From Heptranchias perlo (lineage: Eukaryota), in assembly GCF_035084215.1 (NCBI RefSeq), contig NC_090340.1, positions 4,712,001 through 4,776,000 on the forward strand: DNA of 64,000 nt, in the 5' to 3' direction. Below the pieces are notes generated by a model. It saw nothing but the letters and a program-made list of their open reading frames with translations, did no database searches and was not told the origin of the DNA. Position numbers and translations under genes: made by a program. This document shows positions 60,885 to 64,000 of the stretch, piece after piece (position 1 is the stretch's first letter; each line of letters starts with the position of its first letter).

Positions 60885-61537
60885 CAGTGTCGTAGGCCCA
60901 ACCATCTTCAGCTGCTTCATCAATGACCTTCCCTCCATCATAAGGTCAGAATTGGGGATGTTCGCTGATGACTACACAGTGTTCAGTTCCATTTGCAACC
61001 CCTCAAATAATGAAGCAGTCCGAGCCCGCATGCAGCAAGACCTGGACAACATCCAGGCTTGGGCTCATAAGTGGCAAGTAACATTCGCGCCAGGTAAGTG
61101 CGAGGCAATGACCATCTCCAACAAGAGAGAGTCTAACCACCTCCAATTGACATTCAACGGCATTACCCTCGCCGAATCCCCCACCATCAACATCCTGGGG
61201 GTCACCATTGACCAGAAACTTAACTGGACCAGCCATATAAATACTATGGCGACGATAGCAGGTCAGAGGCTGGGTATTCTGCGGCAAGTGACTCACCTCC
61301 TTTCTCCCCAAAGCCTTTCCACCATCTACAAGGCACAAGTCAGGAGTGTGGTGGAATACTCTCCACTTGCTTGGATGAGTGCAGCTCCAACAACACTCAA
61401 GAAGCTCGACACCATCCAAGATAAAGCAGCCCGCTTGATTGGCACCCCATCCACCACCCTAAACATTCATTCCCTTCACCACCGGCGCACTGTGGCTGCA
61501 GTGTGTACCATCCACAGGATGCACTGCAGCAACTCGC
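60885..61537 (+). mobile_element. Family B LINE RT fragment
   Basis: MFADDYTVFSS...MHCSNS, near-identical to 15880-16525. Confidence 0.9.
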
Positions 61538-62243
61538 ACCCCCCCACCAGGTGCATGGTTCATACTCCTGTGACTCGGCCAACGTTGTCTACCTCATACG
61601 TTGCAGGAAAGGATGCCCCAGAGCATGGTACATTGGCGAGACCATGCAGACGCTGCGACAACGGATGAACGGACACCGCGCAACAATCACCAAACAGGAG
61701 GGTTCCCTCCCAGTCGGGGAACACTTCAGCAGTCAAGGACATTCAGCCACCAACCTTCGGGTAAGCGTACTCCAAGGCGGCCTTCGAGACACACGACAAC
61801 GCAAAATCGTGGAGCAGAAATTGATAGCCAAGTTCCGCACCCGTGAGGACGGCCTCAACCGGGATCTTGGGTTCATGTCACGCTACACGTTACCCCACCA
61901 GTGAACAAATGTTATCTGTTTTTAATATAACGGGTCAGTTGCTGTCTTTTCGATGTTTCTACCTCTCTATCTCTGTTTTTTTTTGTGTTTTTTTTGGTGA
62001 TTTGTATATTCAGAGACCTTGCAGGTAACACCTGTCTGTCGGCACACTGATTGCCTTGGCAACGGTCAGTTGAAAAAGCTTTCTATAATCATCATGCATT
62101 GTTCTGTGATTTATAAATGCGATTTCATTTCGAGGATTTCATTTCCAACAACGTTCACCTGAGGAAGGAGGAAGCCTCCGAAAGCTTGTGAATTTAAAAT
62201 AAAATTGCTGGACTATAACTTGGTGTTGTAAAATTGTTTACAA
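61538..62243 (+). mobile_element. Penelope-like element 3' end (GIY-YIG endonuclease plus terminal region)
   Basis: SCDSANVVYLIRC...WYIGET...LRQRMNGH...PVGEHF...E...GLN-type GIY-YIG, stop at 61904; hammerhead motif and AATAAA at 62198. Confidence 0.9.
62154..62192 (+). ncRNA. Minimal type I hammerhead ribozyme (Penelope-associated)
   Basis: TTCAC-CTGAGGA-A-GGAGG/AAG/CCTCC-GAAA-GCTT-GTGAA: CUGANGA and GAAA cores, stem I TTCAC/GTGAA, stem II, palindromic AAGCTT stem III. Confidence 0.75.
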
Positions 62244-64000
62244 TTAAAGTTCACGCATGTTCTCTGGAGGGAAGCCAGGCACCTGAATTTGCTCCAGAGG
62301 CAGCTTCCAATCATCTGCCAATATTTTGCCATCCACATTTTCAGGCAATGTCCACATATCTGGGAATGGAAAGGCAAAGCGAGGTGGACAACAACAACAA
62401 CAACAAATTGCAATGACAGTACATTTAACGTAGAAAAAAAGGTTCGAAGACGTTTCACAGAAATGTAATTAGATACAAATCGTCACTGAAAAAAAGCGCT
62501 ATTGGGAGGAGTGACGAAAATCGTGGTCAAAGATATGGGCTTTAAAGTTGGTTTTAAAGGAGTGGAGGAAGGTGGGCAAGCGGTGAGGTTTGGGATGTCA
62601 TTTCAGTTTTGGAGGAAGAAGAGTTTTTGGAGGGTTCTGTGGCGAGAGAAGGTTACAGAGATAGTGACGGGCGAGACAGTGATGGGATTTGAACACCACG
62701 GTTAGAATTTTAAAGTTGAGGTGCTTGGAAACCAAAGACAATGTAGGTCAATGAGTTAAATAAGTATCACTTCCGTTCCTCCTATGGAGATGGGCCTCCC
62801 GAAAACATCGTCTCGGAGTTGGCGATGGGTTCAGATTCCTTCAGATATCGGTCAGTCTGGCCGAATGTACATTTCAATTCTTCATTTTGTTCCCCTAACT
62901 CTGAAACCTAATACTTTACCACCTGATATTCATTTTCAAGATTGTACCTTCCTACAGTGACTTTAAGTAAAGATTCCGAGCAGACCACTCCGGCTGAATA
63001 TTGTTCTACTATCTTATCTTTACGTTCCTGTACATCCTGTTTCTGTCTCTGTTTAACCTTCTGTTTCTGCCCTTTAGCTTGGATTTTGAGTCCGATATTT
63101 TCCTGAATTACAGTGTTTCTGACGGTGCAACTCTCGTATCGCCTAGAATTGACCTTGAATCAAAATAAACTGAACTTTCTTTTTACTTGTATTTCGGTGC
63201 CTGAGATAGCCCTCCAGACACTCAGTGACGGCATCGGTCGAATGTTCCGATCCCTGGAGTTGTTTGACTTGCAGGACCGATCTATGATGTCGACCGAGAT
63301 AATCATCGACATATTCATTTATCTTATCAATTTCTCCCAACTTTAATGACTTACGATTGAGCCCCTGACTGCCAGGGTTGGCCACTCCCAAGTTGACACT
63401 CTTATTAATACCTCAGAGAGACCATAGTTAGCATTGTTAATACTTCATTAAGAAATAAAAAATAATCAGTCATTTTAAGTAAGCGAGTGATTACATCTGT
63501 ATACTTATAAGCAGACAACCTGTTTTATGAACCTAATATAAGCTTGACTTCCTGTGTCTGCAGTAAAAGTTTCCCGCATTCCACTAGAATGCACGAACCA
63601 TTATACCGCTTCTTAAAAAGAACCTTTATAACATTAAATTAAAAAAATATTATAAACTACTGTTAATCATGTTGATTCCTTAAAATCTTACTTTGTTAGT
63701 TCTTAATTAAGTTTGCATTGTGATTAACTATGAGCTATCACAGCTTCCTTATCTCCGGCTTTCCATGTTACAAACGTTGCCTTGCAGGATTCTTCAAAGA
63801 TGTCACCCCTGTGTCAGCAGAAATAAGTTATGTGCCAGTGGCCATCTGTATTAATTGATTTAGGCAAAATTCGTTAGGAAGAATGAGGGGAGGCAATGTA
63901 AAGTAAAGGCCACAATTCTAAAAGGGGTTCAGGGACAGAGAGATCTGGGGTTATATGTACACAAATCGTTGAAGGTGGTGGTGCAGGTTGAGAAAGCGGT

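Overview
Vertebrate, non-microbial DNA. The repeat content (dense CR1-type LINEs, Deu-type SINEs, Penelope fragments) suggests a cartilaginous fish; that assignment is inference. Most of the window is transposon-derived: two distinct CR1-group LINE families (called A and B here), one nearly full-length antisense CR1 with a 68-bp monomer array at its 5' end, a decayed env-bearing endogenous retrovirus (RNase H-integrase-env-LTR), and a Penelope GIY-YIG end with a minimal hammerhead ribozyme. The only host gene I can build is a + strand immunoglobulin-superfamily receptor at about 41318-55468. Its architecture is leader, germline-joined VJ-type V domain, C1 domain, Lys-containing TM, a small phase 1-to-0 cytoplasmic exon, and two duplicated tyrosine-motif (ITIM/ITSM) exons. 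The most striking structure is a recent 470-bp, 2-mismatch inverted duplication that covers the frame-setting cytoplasmic exon and creates a new consensus splice donor. Either consequence would shift the ITIM exons out of frame, suggesting a possible inhibitory-versus-ITIM-less receptor switch. Exon structure was read by eye and no database searches were run.
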